NCBI GenBank assembly: GCA_964291675.2
Contig: OZ219865.1
Span: forward strand, 1,056,001-1,120,000
Origin: Alphaproteobacteria bacterium
Lineage (GTDB): Bacteria > Pseudomonadota > Alphaproteobacteria > MPNO01
Direction of reading: 5' to 3'
DNA length: 64,000 nt
Shown here piece after piece: positions 27,050 through 37,025 of the stretch (position 1 is its first letter; every line of letters starts with the position of its first letter). The notes below the pieces were generated by a model that had not been told where the DNA came from, did no database searches, and saw only the letters and a program-made list of their open reading frames with translations. The position numbers and the translations under genes are program-made.

Positions 27050-27274
27050 ATGGAGCTTGACGCAGCCAAGGTCATCGGCGCCGGTCTCGCGGTGATCGGG
27101 GTCATCGGATCGGGTATCGGCATCGGTTCGATCTTCTCGGCATTCATCACGGCCGTGGGACGCAACCCGGCGGCTCGCGACGAAGTGTTCACCATGACCA
27201 TGCTGGGCTTCGCGCTGGTCGAGGCCATCGCGCTGTTCGCGCTGGTGATCGCGCTGATCATCCTGTTCGGCTAG
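27050..27274 (+). CDS. atpE: F0F1 ATP synthase subunit c
   Basis: GxGxGxG, RNP loop, ALVEAIALF (H+-type carboxylate). Confidence 0.97.
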   Translation: MELDAAKVIGAGLAVIGVIGSGIGIGSIFSAFITAVGRNPAARDEVFTMTMLGFALVEAIALFALVIALIILFG

Positions 27275-27295
27275 CCGCCGGCGTTCGGAGCGGCC

Positions 27296-27790
27296 ATGCC
27301 CCAGCTCGAACAGGTCGATACCTTTCTCAGCCAGATCGTCTGGCTGTTCCTCACCTTCGGCGTGCTCTATGTCGTGATACTGCGCTCCGCCCTGCCCCGG
27401 ATCTCGCAGATCCTGGCGACCCGACAGGAGCGCATCGACGGCGATCTGCGCCGCGCGGAGGAGATCAAGGCGGAGGCCGAGTCGGTGCTCGCGGCGTATG
27501 AGGCGGCGGCGGCCAGGGCGCGCGCGGAAGCCCAGGACATCCTGCGCGCGGGCGCCGAACGCTTCGCCGCCGAGGCGGCGGAGAAAAACGAGGCGCTGAC
27601 CCGGCTGCTGGCCGAGCAGGCGGCGGCGGGAGAGGCGCGCATCGGGGCTGCACGGGAGCAGGCGATGACGGAGGTCGAGACCATCGCCGCCGAGCTCGCG
27701 GGGCTCGCCGCCGAACGGCTGACCGGGGCGGCCGCCGACCGGGCTTCGGCCGAGGCCGCGGTCGCCCAGGTGATGGGGGAACGCGGCTGA
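27296..27790 (+). CDS. F0F1 ATP synthase subunit b'
   Basis: MPQL, SQIVWL, LPRI, RQERIDGDL. Confidence 0.93.
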   Translation: MPQLEQVDTFLSQIVWLFLTFGVLYVVILRSALPRISQILATRQERIDGDLRRAEEIKAEAESVLAAYEAAAARARAEAQDILRAGAERFAAEAAEKNEALTRLLAEQAAAGEARIGAAREQAMTEVETIAAELAGLAAERLTGAAADRASAEAAVAQVMGERG

Positions 27791-28272
27791 TGCTGGCGAC
27801 GGCGGAATTCTGGGTCGCGGTGGGGTTCGCGATCCTGGTCGCCGGCATCGCGCGGCCGGCATGGCGCGGCATTACGGCGGCCCTCGATGCGCGCAGCGAG
27901 CGCATCAAGCAGACCCTCGACGAGGCCCGCACGCTGCACGAGGACGCCCAGCACCTGCTCGCGGAATACCAGCGCAAGCAGCGGGACGCCGCGCGCGAGG
28001 CGGAGCAGATGATCGAGCAGGCGCGCATCGAGGCCGAGCGCATCCGGGCCGAGGCGACGGAAGCGCTGGAGCGGACCCTCGAACACCGCCAAGCGCTGGC
28101 GCGCGAAAAGATCGCCCAGGCCGAGGCCGACGCGCTGCGCGAGGTGCGCAACGCCGCCGTCGACATCGCGATCGCCGCGACGGCGAGGGTCATCGGCGAG
28201 CGGCTCGGGGAAGACCGGGCCTCGGCGCTGGTCGACGAAGCGGTCAGGGACCTTCCCAGGCATCTCAACTGA
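27790..28272 (+). CDS. atpF: F0F1 ATP synthase subunit b
   Basis: EFWVAVGF, LDARSERI, KIAQAE. Confidence 0.93.
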   Translation: MLATAEFWVAVGFAILVAGIARPAWRGITAALDARSERIKQTLDEARTLHEDAQHLLAEYQRKQRDAAREAEQMIEQARIEAERIRAEATEALERTLEHRQALAREKIAQAEADALREVRNAAVDIAIAATARVIGERLGEDRASALVDEAVRDLPRHLN

Positions 28273-28352
28273 GCCGTCGGCGCCATGGCCAAGCGCGCCG
28301 ACCTTTGGCACCATGACGGGCGCCGCCGAGCGGGCGCCCGGAACCCCGGCCG

Positions 28353-29873
28353 ATGAACGCACCAGCCACGAGCTACGCGGATCTCCGCGCCTTCGTCGAA
28401 CGGCTCGAATCCGCGGGCCGGCTGGTGCGCGTCTCCGCCCCGGTCTCCACCGCGCTGGAGATGACCGAGATCCAGACCCGGCTGCTGGCCGAGAAGGGTC
28501 CGGCGGTGATCTTCGAGAACCCGGTGAAGGCGGACGGGGCGCCGTCCGAAATGCCGGTGCTCGCCAATTTGTTCGGCACCGTCGAGCGCGTCGCCTGGGG
28601 GATGGGGCGCGAGCCCGGCACGCTGCGCGCGCTCGGCGAGCAGCTCGCCTTCCTGCGCCAGCCGGAGCCGCCGGGGGGCTGGCGCGAGGCGCTGGACATG
28701 CTGCCTCTGCTCAAGACCGCGATGGCCATGAAGCCGCGCACGGTAAGCCGCGCCCCCTGCCAGGAGGTCGTGCTGACCGGCGCCGACATCGACCTCGCGC
28801 GCCTGCCGGTGCAGATGTGCTGGCCGGGCGAGCCGGCGCCGCTGATCACCTGGCCGCTGGTCGCCACCGCCGATGCGGAAGGCCGCACCAATCTCGGCAT
28901 CTACCGCATGCAGGTCACCGGCCGGAACACCACCCTGATGCGCTGGCTGCGTCATCGCGGCGGCGCCCGCCACCATGCCGAGCGCGCGGAGACCGGCGCG
29001 GGCGGGGCGCGCAGCCTGCCCGCCGCGGCGGTGATCGGCGCCGATCCCGCGACGATCGTTGCCGCGGTGGCGCCGGTGCCGGACACCATGTCGGAATACC
29101 GCTTCGCCGGGCTGCTGCGCGGCCGCCGGCTCGACCTGGTCGACTGCAAGACGGTGCCGCTCAAGGTGCCGGCCGAGGCGGAGATCGTGCTGGAGGGCGA
29201 GGTCTCGCTCGACGAGTACGGCGAGGAAGGTCCCTATGGCGACCACACCGGGTATTACAACGCGGCCGACCGCTTCCCGGTGTTCACGGTCACGGCGATG
29301 ACGATGCGCCGCACGCCGATCTACCTCACCACCTTTACCGGGCGCCCGCCGGACGAGCCCTCGGTGCTCGGCGAAGCCCTCAACGAGGTGTTCGTGCCGC
29401 TGCTCACCCAGCAATTTCCCGAGATCGCCGATTTCTGGCTGCCGCCCGAGGCGTGCAGCTACCGGGTAGCGGTGGTCGCGCTGAGGAAGGCCTATCCCGG
29501 CCATGCCAGGCGGATCATGATGGCCGTCTGGTCCTATCTGCGGCAGTTCATGTACACCAAGTTCGTCATCGTGGTGGATGCCGGGCTGGATGCGCGGCGC
29601 TGGTCCGACGTGGTCTGGGCGATCTCGACCAATGTCGACCCGGCGCGGGACTTGACGGTGATCGAGAACACGCCGATCGACACGCTCGACTTCGCCTCGC
29701 CGGAGCCGGGGCTGGGCGCCAAGCTCGGGATCGACGCGACCACCAAGATCCCGCCCGAGACCTCGCGCCCGTGGGGGCGGCCGATCCGCATGGACGGGGA
29801 CGTGATCGCGGAGGTCACGCGGCGCTGGGCGGAGTACGGCCTGCCCGGCGCGGGCGATCCGATCTGGCGCTGA
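28353..29873 (+). CDS. ubiD: UbiD family decarboxylase
   Basis: NLFGT, NLGIYR, EGPYGDHTGYY, GRPPDEP, PPEACSYR. Confidence 0.93.
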   Translation: MNAPATSYADLRAFVERLESAGRLVRVSAPVSTALEMTEIQTRLLAEKGPAVIFENPVKADGAPSEMPVLANLFGTVERVAWGMGREPGTLRALGEQLAFLRQPEPPGGWREALDMLPLLKTAMAMKPRTVSRAPCQEVVLTGADIDLARLPVQMCWPGEPAPLITWPLVATADAEGRTNLGIYRMQVTGRNTTLMRWLRHRGGARHHAERAETGAGGARSLPAAAVIGADPATIVAAVAPVPDTMSEYRFAGLLRGRRLDLVDCKTVPLKVPAEAEIVLEGEVSLDEYGEEGPYGDHTGYYNAADRFPVFTVTAMTMRRTPIYLTTFTGRPPDEPSVLGEALNEVFVPLLTQQFPEIADFWLPPEACSYRVAVVALRKAYPGHARRIMMAVWSYLRQFMYTKFVIVVDAGLDARRWSDVVWAISTNVDPARDLTVIENTPIDTLDFASPEPGLGAKLGIDATTKIPPETSRPWGRPIRMDGDVIAEVTRRWAEYGLPGAGDPIWR

Positions 29874-29938
29874 GCCCCTTGTCCTCGCGCCCTTCGGCCC
29901 AATCTCGTATAAGACCCGGCGCGCAACCGGAGGCCAAG

Positions 29939-31282
29939 ATGTCCACCGTCCCGGACCCCCTCGAGCTCCTCGCAGACCTGCTCTCCGCCGCCAGGCGGGC
30001 GGGCGCCGACAGCGCGGATGCGGTGTTCTTCGAGGCGGCCTCGCTCGCGGTCGCCCAGCGGCTCGGCAAGTCCGAGAAGCTCGAACGCTCGGAAAGCCGC
30101 GATCTCGGGCTCAGGGTGCTGGTGGGCAGGCGGCAGGCGATCGCCTCGACCACCGATTTTGCGCCGGACTCGCTGGATGCGCTGGTCGAACGCGCGCTCG
30201 CGATGGCGCGGGCGGCGCCGGAAGACCCCTATTGCGGGATCGCCGATCCCGGCCAGCTCGCGACACAGGTCGGGGACCTCGACATCTGCGACCGGGACGA
30301 ACCGACGGCCGAGACCCTGGTCGCGCGAGCGCGCGAGGCCGAGGACGCCGCGCGCGCCGTCGAGGGGGTCACCAACTCGGAGGGCGCGGAGGCGGGCTGG
30401 AGCCGCTCGACCATCGCGCTCGCCGCGACCAACGGCTTCGCCCGGCGCTACGCGACATCGTCGCAGAGCATCGCCGCATCGGTGCTGGCCGGCGAAGGCA
30501 CGGCGATGGAACGCGACTACGACTTCCACACCGCGGTCCACGGCGGCGACCTGCGCGCGCCGGTGGAGATCGGCCGCGGCGCCGGGGAGCGCGCGGTGCG
30601 CCGGCTCGGGGCGCGCAAGATCGAGACCGCCCAGGTGCCGGTGGTCTACGACCCCCGCGTTTCGGGCGGGTTGCTGCGCCATCTCTCCAGCGCGATCAAC
30701 GGGCCGTCGGTCGCGCGCGGGACCTCGTTCCTCAAGGACCGGCTGGGACATCGGGTCTTTCCGAAGGGTGTCCGCGTCGTCGACGACCCGCACCGCCCGC
30801 GCGGGCTGCGCTCCAAGCCGTTCGACGCCGAGGGTGTGGCGAATGGCCGCCGCGCGGTGGTCGAGGACGGCGTGCTGAAGACCTGGATCATGGATCTCGC
30901 CTCGGCGCGCCAGCTCGGGCTGGAGACCACGGGTCACGCCGCGCGCGGAACCGCCTCGCCGCCGTCCCCCGCCGTCACCAATCTGTGGATGGAGGCGGGC
31001 GCGGCCTCGCCCGCCGCGCTGATCGGCGGGATCGACAGCGGCTTCTACGTCACCGAGCTGATCGGCATGGGGGTGAACGGGGTGACCGGCGACTACAGCC
31101 GGGGCGCGACCGGGTACTGGATCGAGAACGGCGAGATCGCCTACCCGGTGAGCGAGGTCACGGTGGCCGGCAACCTCAAGGACATGTTCGCCAATCTCAC
31201 CCCAGCCGACGATCTCGAATTCCGCTTCGGCGTCGATGCGCCGACGATCCGCATCGACGGGATGACGATCGCCGGCATCTGA
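29939..31282 (+). CDS. pmbA: TldD/PmbA family protein (PmbA/TldE)
   Basis: LERSESRDLGLRV, PFDAEG, GVNGVTGDYSRGA, EVTVAGNL. Confidence 0.9.
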   Translation: MSTVPDPLELLADLLSAARRAGADSADAVFFEAASLAVAQRLGKSEKLERSESRDLGLRVLVGRRQAIASTTDFAPDSLDALVERALAMARAAPEDPYCGIADPGQLATQVGDLDICDRDEPTAETLVARAREAEDAARAVEGVTNSEGAEAGWSRSTIALAATNGFARRYATSSQSIAASVLAGEGTAMERDYDFHTAVHGGDLRAPVEIGRGAGERAVRRLGARKIETAQVPVVYDPRVSGGLLRHLSSAINGPSVARGTSFLKDRLGHRVFPKGVRVVDDPHRPRGLRSKPFDAEGVANGRRAVVEDGVLKTWIMDLASARQLGLETTGHAARGTASPPSPAVTNLWMEAGAASPAALIGGIDSGFYVTELIGMGVNGVTGDYSRGATGYWIENGEIAYPVSEVTVAGNLKDMFANLTPADDLEFRFGVDAPTIRIDGMTIAGI

Positions 31283-31329
31283 GCCCCGCCCCGTGCTAGA
31301 CTCCGGAAGCCATCGTCTCTGGACCGCGC

Positions 31330-33156
31330 ATGACTAGCCCGCACAGCAAAGGCCTGTCGGCGGGGGTGGCCGCCCGGTCGAGCACCGGCGATCTGGTGCG
31401 CCGGCTGCTGCGCGAGCGGATGCGCGGCTACTACGTCGCCGCCACGGGCGCGCTGTTCTTCATGGCGGTGGTTGCCGCGGCGACCGCCGGGAACGCCTGG
31501 CTGATGGAGCCGGCGCTCGACAAGGGTCTCAACGGGCGCGATTGGCAAGTCCTCTATCTGGTCACTCTGGGCGTCCTCGCGCTGGCGCTGCTGAAGGCCG
31601 CCGGGACCTATGTCCAGACGGTCCTGATGGCCCGGGTGGGCGAAGGAATCGTCGCCGACTTCCGGCGCGACATGTATGTCAGGCTGATGCAGGCCGATCT
31701 GGGATTTTTCGCCAATACCCAGACCGGCAACCTGATCGCACGCTTCACCGTCGACGCCTCCATGCTGCGTGTGAACCTGATCCGCGCCATGACGGGCATG
31801 GTCAAGGACACGCTGGAGCTCGTCTTCCTGGTCGGGGTGATGTTCTACCAGGATTGGCTGATGGCGATGGTCGCAGCGGTCGCCTTTCCTCTGTCGATCT
31901 GGCCCATCGTTGCGGTAGGCCGGCGCATAAGAAGCGCCGCCTCGATCACCCAGGCGCGGATGGCCGACCTCACCGTCCGCCTCGACGAGAGCTTCCCGGC
32001 TGCCCGGCTCATCAAGGCCTATCGCATGGAGCGCGCGGAGGTCGGCCGGGCAGGCGCGGTGATCGAACAGGTCTTCAAGCGCGCATACCGCGCGGCGCGG
32101 ATCGCCGCGATCACCCGGCCGGTGATGGAGATTCTGGGCGGTGCGGTGGCCGCCGCCATCATCCTGTTCGGCGGCAGCAGAGTGATCGGCGGGTCGATCA
32201 CGCCGGGCGAGCTGTTCTCGTTCATCGCCGCGCTTCTGCTCGCCTACCGGCCGCTCAAGGCGCTCGCGGGGCTCAACAACTTCCTGCAAGAGGGGCTGGC
32301 GGCCGCACAACGCGTCTTCGCCGTGCTCGATATCGAACCCGACATCGTGGACGCGCCGGATGCCAGGCCGCTCGCCGTCGACGGCGGCGAGGTTCGATTC
32401 GACAATGTGCGCTTCTCCTACACGCCCGGCGTTCCGGCGGTGGTCGACATCGATCTGGTCGCGCCGGCCGGCGCGACGGTGGCGCTGGTCGGCGCCTCCG
32501 GCGCGGGCAAGTCCACCCTTCTCAACCTGATCCCCCGCTTCTACGACACGGACAGCGGTGCGATCCGCATCGACGGCCAGGATGTGCGCGAGGTCACGCT
32601 CGCCTCGCTGCGCGACGCCATCGGCCTGGTCAGCCAGGAGGTGACGCTGTTCGACGACACGGTGCGGGACAACATCGCCTTTGGCCGGGCGGGCGCGACG
32701 ACGGACGAGATCGTCGCGGCCGCAAAGAACGCCGGGGCGCACGACTTCATCCTGAGGCTGCCGGAGGGCTACGACACGCCGGTCGGCGAGCTCGGCGAAC
32801 GCCTCTCCGGCGGCCAGCGCCAACGCATCGCGATCGCCCGCGCCATGCTCAAGGACGCGCCCATCCTGCTCCTCGACGAAGCCACCTCCGCGCTCGACGC
32901 GGAATCCGAGCGCGCGGTCCGCGAGGCGCTCGACCGCCTCAAGCGGGGCCGGACCACGATCGTCATCGCCCACCGCCTGTCGACCGTGGTGGGCTCCGAT
33001 ATCATCTATGTGATGGAGCGCGGCCGGGTCGTCGAATCGGGCAGGCATGCCGAGCTTCTCGCGGCGGGCGGCGCCTATGCGCGGCAATACGCGCTCCAGT
33101 TCGTCGATATCGAAGACGCCGCCGAACCGGCGGCCGCGGCCGACGCCGCCGAGTAG
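31330..33156 (+). CDS. msbA: Lipid A export ABC transporter
   Basis: TM domain plus GASGAGKS, LSGGQRQR, LLLDEATSALD; adjacent to waaA-lpxK. Confidence 0.88.
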   Translation: MTSPHSKGLSAGVAARSSTGDLVRRLLRERMRGYYVAATGALFFMAVVAAATAGNAWLMEPALDKGLNGRDWQVLYLVTLGVLALALLKAAGTYVQTVLMARVGEGIVADFRRDMYVRLMQADLGFFANTQTGNLIARFTVDASMLRVNLIRAMTGMVKDTLELVFLVGVMFYQDWLMAMVAAVAFPLSIWPIVAVGRRIRSAASITQARMADLTVRLDESFPAARLIKAYRMERAEVGRAGAVIEQVFKRAYRAARIAAITRPVMEILGGAVAAAIILFGGSRVIGGSITPGELFSFIAALLLAYRPLKALAGLNNFLQEGLAAAQRVFAVLDIEPDIVDAPDARPLAVDGGEVRFDNVRFSYTPGVPAVVDIDLVAPAGATVALVGASGAGKSTLLNLIPRFYDTDSGAIRIDGQDVREVTLASLRDAIGLVSQEVTLFDDTVRDNIAFGRAGATTDEIVAAAKNAGAHDFILRLPEGYDTPVGELGERLSGGQRQRIAIARAMLKDAPILLLDEATSALDAESERAVREALDRLKRGRTTIVIAHRLSTVVGSDIIYVMERGRVVESGRHAELLAAGGAYARQYALQFVDIEDAAEPAAAADAAE

Positions 33157-33177
33157 GCGGGCGGTCCGGCGGGCGAC

Positions 33178-34491
33178 ATGACCGCGCCGCGGCGCCCGGG
33201 ACCCGATCCGACGCTCGGCCTCTATCGCGCGGCCGCGGCGATGGCGGGGCCGTTGCTGCGGCGCTACGTCGAATACCGGGCACGGAGGGGCAAGGAAGAC
33301 CCGGCGCGCCTGGCCGAGCGCTTCGGCCGCGCCTCGCAGGCGCGCCCGGCGGGACCGCTGGTCTGGCTCCACGCGGCGAGCGTGGGCGAGGCGCTCTCCT
33401 TCCTGCCGCTGGTCGAGGCGGTTATCGGACGCTGGCCCCGGCTCGCCCTGCTGGTCACCACCGGAACCGTCACCTCCGCGCGGCTGATGGCGGAACGGCT
33501 GCCCGCCGGAGCGATCCACCAGTTCGCCCCCGTCGACCGGCCGCGCTGGATCGGGGCGTTTCTCGATCACTGGCGCCCCGATCTCGCGATCCGGGTCGAG
33601 TCGGAGCTCTGGCCGGCGACGCTGGATGCGATCGAGGCGAGGTCGATCCCGTCGCTTCTGGTCAATGCGCGCATGTCGCGGCGCTCGGCGCGAAACTGGC
33701 GGCGCGTCCCGGGGCTCGCGCGGCGGGTCCTCGGCACGTTCGCGCTCTGCCTCGCCCAGACGGAGGAGGATGCGGCGCGCTTGCGCGGCCTCGGCGCGCC
33801 GGACGTTCGCTGCCTGGGCAATCTGAAGCTCGCGTCACCGGCGCTGCCCTTCGACGCGGGTCTGCTGGAGACCCTGCGGCAACGCTGCGCCGGGCGTCCG
33901 GTGTGGATCGGCGCGAGCACCCATGACGGGGAGGAGGAGCGGCTCGCCGCCGCCCATCGCGCGATTCGTGCCCGCCTGCCGGACGCCCTGCTGATCCTGG
34001 TGCCGCGCCACCCGGCCCGCGGCCCGCGAATTGCCGCCCGCCTGCGCGGGGACGGCCATGCGGTCGGGCTGCGCTCGGCCCACCAGCCGCCCGGTTCGGA
34101 GATCTACGTGGCCGACGGGCTGGGCGAGCTCGGCGTCATGTACCGTCTGGCGAAGGTGGGCTTTGTCGGCGGCTCGCTGGTTCCCCATGGCGGGCAGAAC
34201 CTGCTCGAACCGGCGCGGCTCGATTGCGCCATCCTGCACGGCCCGCACATGGCCAATTTCGCCGAGATAACCGGCGAGATGGCGCGGGCGGGCGGCAGCG
34301 TGCAGGTCGAGACGGAGGAGGCGCTGGCGGAGGCGGTCGCCGAACTGCTCACCGACGAGGCGATGCGCTCGCGAAGCTGCGCCGCCGCCGCCCGCATCGC
34401 CGAGGGCAAGACGCGGATCCTCGATGCGGTGGTGGACGCCATCGCGCCCTATCTCGACCGGGCGCAGGAGGGCGCGGGTGCGGACGCCTGA
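33178..34491 (+). CDS. waaA: Kdo transferase
   Basis: WLHAASVGE, ESELWP, NARMS, VPRHP, GGQNLLEPA. Confidence 0.95.
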   Translation: MTAPRRPGPDPTLGLYRAAAAMAGPLLRRYVEYRARRGKEDPARLAERFGRASQARPAGPLVWLHAASVGEALSFLPLVEAVIGRWPRLALLVTTGTVTSARLMAERLPAGAIHQFAPVDRPRWIGAFLDHWRPDLAIRVESELWPATLDAIEARSIPSLLVNARMSRRSARNWRRVPGLARRVLGTFALCLAQTEEDAARLRGLGAPDVRCLGNLKLASPALPFDAGLLETLRQRCAGRPVWIGASTHDGEEERLAAAHRAIRARLPDALLILVPRHPARGPRIAARLRGDGHAVGLRSAHQPPGSEIYVADGLGELGVMYRLAKVGFVGGSLVPHGGQNLLEPARLDCAILHGPHMANFAEITGEMARAGGSVQVETEEALAEAVAELLTDEAMRSRSCAAAARIAEGKTRILDAVVDAIAPYLDRAQEGAGADA

Positions 34492-35473
34492 ATTCTGGCG
34501 GCGCGACGGCCTCGCCGCCCGCGCGCTCGCGCCCGCATCGTGGGTCTATGGCGCGGTCGCGGCGGTCAGGCGTGGCACCGCCCGGGCCGTGCGACCGCCA
34601 GTGCCCGTCTTGTGCGTCGGCAATCTGGTGGCGGGCGGCGCCGGCAAGACACCGGTGGCGCTGGCGCTCGGCGGGAAGCTCGCCGCGCGCGGTCACGCGG
34701 TGCACTTCCTGTCGCGCGGCTATGGCGGCCGCGAGCGGGACCCCCTCCTCGTGGACCCCGCCCGGCACGGCGCGGACGCGGTGGGCGATGAGCCGTTGCT
34801 GCTCGCCCGCGTCGCTCCGACATGGGTTTCCGCCGATCGCGCGGCCGGGGCCACCGCCGCGGCCGAAGGCGGCGCCGGGCTGATCGTCATGGACGACGGC
34901 CATCAGAACGCGACCGTCGCCAAGGCCTGCTCCATCGTCGTCGTCGACGGGGTCTACGGCTTCGGTAACGGCCGGCTGCTGCCGGCGGGGCCGCTGCGCG
35001 AGACGGTGGCGGCGGGCCTCGCCCGCGCCGACGCGGTGATCGTAATCGGCCCCGACGAGGCGGGAATCGGCGCCGCGATTCCGACCGGTGTCCGCGCCTT
35101 GGCGGGACGCCTCGCCCCGCTGCCCGACAGCGCCGGGATCGCGGGCAAGCCCGTGGTCGCCTTCGCCGGCATCGCCCGGCCGGAAAAATTCTTCGCCACC
35201 CTGCGAACGCTCGGCTGCCGGATCGAGCACAAGCAGGCTTTCGCCGATCACCACCGGTTCCACGCATCCGAGATCGCCGCTCTTCTACAGATCGCGGAAA
35301 GCCTGGGCGCGGTAGCAGTCACCACCGCGAAGGACGCGGTGAGGCTGCCGCCCGCCCTGCGCGGCGGGGTTCGGGTCCTCGACATCGCCTTCGAGTGGGA
35401 CGACGAGGCCGCGGCAACGGCCCTTATCGCCGAGATCGAGGCGCGTGCGGGGATCGCATCCGGGGCGGGTTGA
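34478..35473 (+). CDS. lpxK: Tetraacyldisaccharide 4'-kinase
   Basis: VGNLVAGGAGKTP, SRGYGG, GDEP, MDDGHQN, PAGPLRE, TTAKD. Confidence 0.95.
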   Translation: MRTPEFWRRDGLAARALAPASWVYGAVAAVRRGTARAVRPPVPVLCVGNLVAGGAGKTPVALALGGKLAARGHAVHFLSRGYGGRERDPLLVDPARHGADAVGDEPLLLARVAPTWVSADRAAGATAAAEGGAGLIVMDDGHQNATVAKACSIVVVDGVYGFGNGRLLPAGPLRETVAAGLARADAVIVIGPDEAGIGAAIPTGVRALAGRLAPLPDSAGIAGKPVVAFAGIARPEKFFATLRTLGCRIEHKQAFADHHRFHASEIAALLQIAESLGAVAVTTAKDAVRLPPALRGGVRVLDIAFEWDDEAAATALIAEIEARAGIASGAG

Positions 35474-35479
35474 AGACCC

Positions 35480-36973
35480 TTACAGCAGCCGCCCTTGCGT
35501 GCCGTCGTCCGAACCCTGCCCGGCCCTCCGCGACCGGGACGGCCTCCCGTCCAGGCGAGCGGCAAGGCGGGCGTCGGAGAACTGGATTTCGATGGCGCCG
35601 CCCGGCACGGCCTGGGCGGCTCGCGCGACGGGCCTCCCGGAGGCATCCCGGACGACCGTGAAGCCGCGCTCCAGCACCCGCTCGTAGGACAGGCTTTCGA
35701 GCAGGGCGGCGAGCGCGCCCAGCCGTGTCCCCGCCGCGCTATGGCGGCGCTCCGCCGAGTCCCGCATGCGCCGGCCCGCGTCCAGCGCACGGTACCGCGC
35801 GTCGGCGCCGGCGAGGCGGCCGTCGACGGCGTTGGCGAGCCGTTCGGCGAACCCGCCGACGCGCTCGCCCGCCCGCGCCACCTGCTCGGCCGGGCTGCGA
35901 ATCCCTGCCGCCGCCCGTTCGACGGAGGCGCCGCGCGCAGCCAGCAGGTTGGCGAGCGCGTTGCGCAGCCGGTCGCTCTGGTCGTCGAGGGCCTGGCTCG
36001 CCTGCTCCAGCAGGCGCTCCGGCCTCGGCAGACCGCGCGCGAAGCCCTCGGCGACGCGCGCCCGCTCGCGCAGCTCGCGCTCGACGGCCGCGCCCATGCG
36101 GCGCTCGATGTCGAGTATCCTCTCGCGCAGCTCGGCGCGTACCGGGACCGCCATCTCGGCGGCGGCCGTCGGCGTCGGCGCGCGGCGGTCGGCGGCGAAA
36201 TCGATCAGCGTCGTGTCGGTCTCGTGCCCGATCGCCGAGATCAGCGGGATGTCGGAGGCGGCGGCGGCGCGGACCACGGGCTCCTCGTTGAAGGTCCACA
36301 GATCCTCCAGGCTGCCGCCACCGCGGGCGACGATCAGCACGTCGGGGCGCGGGACCGCCCCGTCCGGGAGGAGCGCGTTGAACCCGGCGATCGCGGCGGC
36401 CACGCGCGCGTCCGCGCCTTCGCCCTGAACCGGCACCGGCCACAGGATCACCCGGCGGGGAAAGCGGTCGGCGAGGCGGTGGAGGATGTCGCGGATCACC
36501 GCGCCGGTGGGCGAGGTGACGACGCCGACGATGTCGGGCAGGAAGGGGATGTCCTGCTTGCGTTCGCTGTCGAACAGCCCCTCGGCGGCGAGCCGCTTGC
36601 GGCGGTCCTCCAGCAGCTTGAGAAGCGCGCCCTCCCCCGCCAGCTCGACCGCCTCGACGACGACCTGGTAGCGCGAGCTGCGCGGATAGGACGAGATGCG
36701 CCCGGTGCAGACGACCTCCATGCCCTCTTCGATTCGGAGCCCGAGGCGCCCCACAGTGCCGCGCCAGCAGACCGCGTCGAGCGACGCCGAATCGTCCTTC
36801 AGCGTGAAATAGAGATGGCCGGAGCCGTGATAGTTGGGCCTGCCCACCTCGCCGCGCACCCTCACATGCTCGAAATTCCCTTCGAGCGTCCGCTTGACGG
36901 CCTGGGAGATCTCGCTGACCGAGTATTCGACGACGTTGGGCTGGACCGCCGTCAACGGGGGGATGTCCGCCAT
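35480..36973 (-). CDS. xseA: Exodeoxyribonuclease VII large subunit
   Basis: SGHLYFTLKD, TSPTGAVIRDI, RGGGSLEDLW, GHETD, TPTAAAE. Confidence 0.97.
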   Translation of the reverse strand: MADIPPLTAVQPNVVEYSVSEISQAVKRTLEGNFEHVRVRGEVGRPNYHGSGHLYFTLKDDSASLDAVCWRGTVGRLGLRIEEGMEVVCTGRISSYPRSSRYQVVVEAVELAGEGALLKLLEDRRKRLAAEGLFDSERKQDIPFLPDIVGVVTSPTGAVIRDILHRLADRFPRRVILWPVPVQGEGADARVAAAIAGFNALLPDGAVPRPDVLIVARGGGSLEDLWTFNEEPVVRAAAASDIPLISAIGHETDTTLIDFAADRRAPTPTAAAEMAVPVRAELRERILDIERRMGAAVERELRERARVAEGFARGLPRPERLLEQASQALDDQSDRLRNALANLLAARGASVERAAAGIRSPAEQVARAGERVGGFAERLANAVDGRLAGADARYRALDAGRRMRDSAERRHSAAGTRLGALAALLESLSYERVLERGFTVVRDASGRPVARAAQAVPGGAIEIQFSDARLAARLDGRPSRSRRAGQGSDDGTQGRLL

Positions 36974-37025
36974 GCGGGCATTCTATGCTAATGCTGGGCC
37001 GGGGTGCACGGGGGGGCGCGTGGCG

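Noticed and set aside
27050-27274. Na+-translocating ATP synthase
   Set aside because: Subunit c lacks the Gln and ES/T Na+-binding signature.
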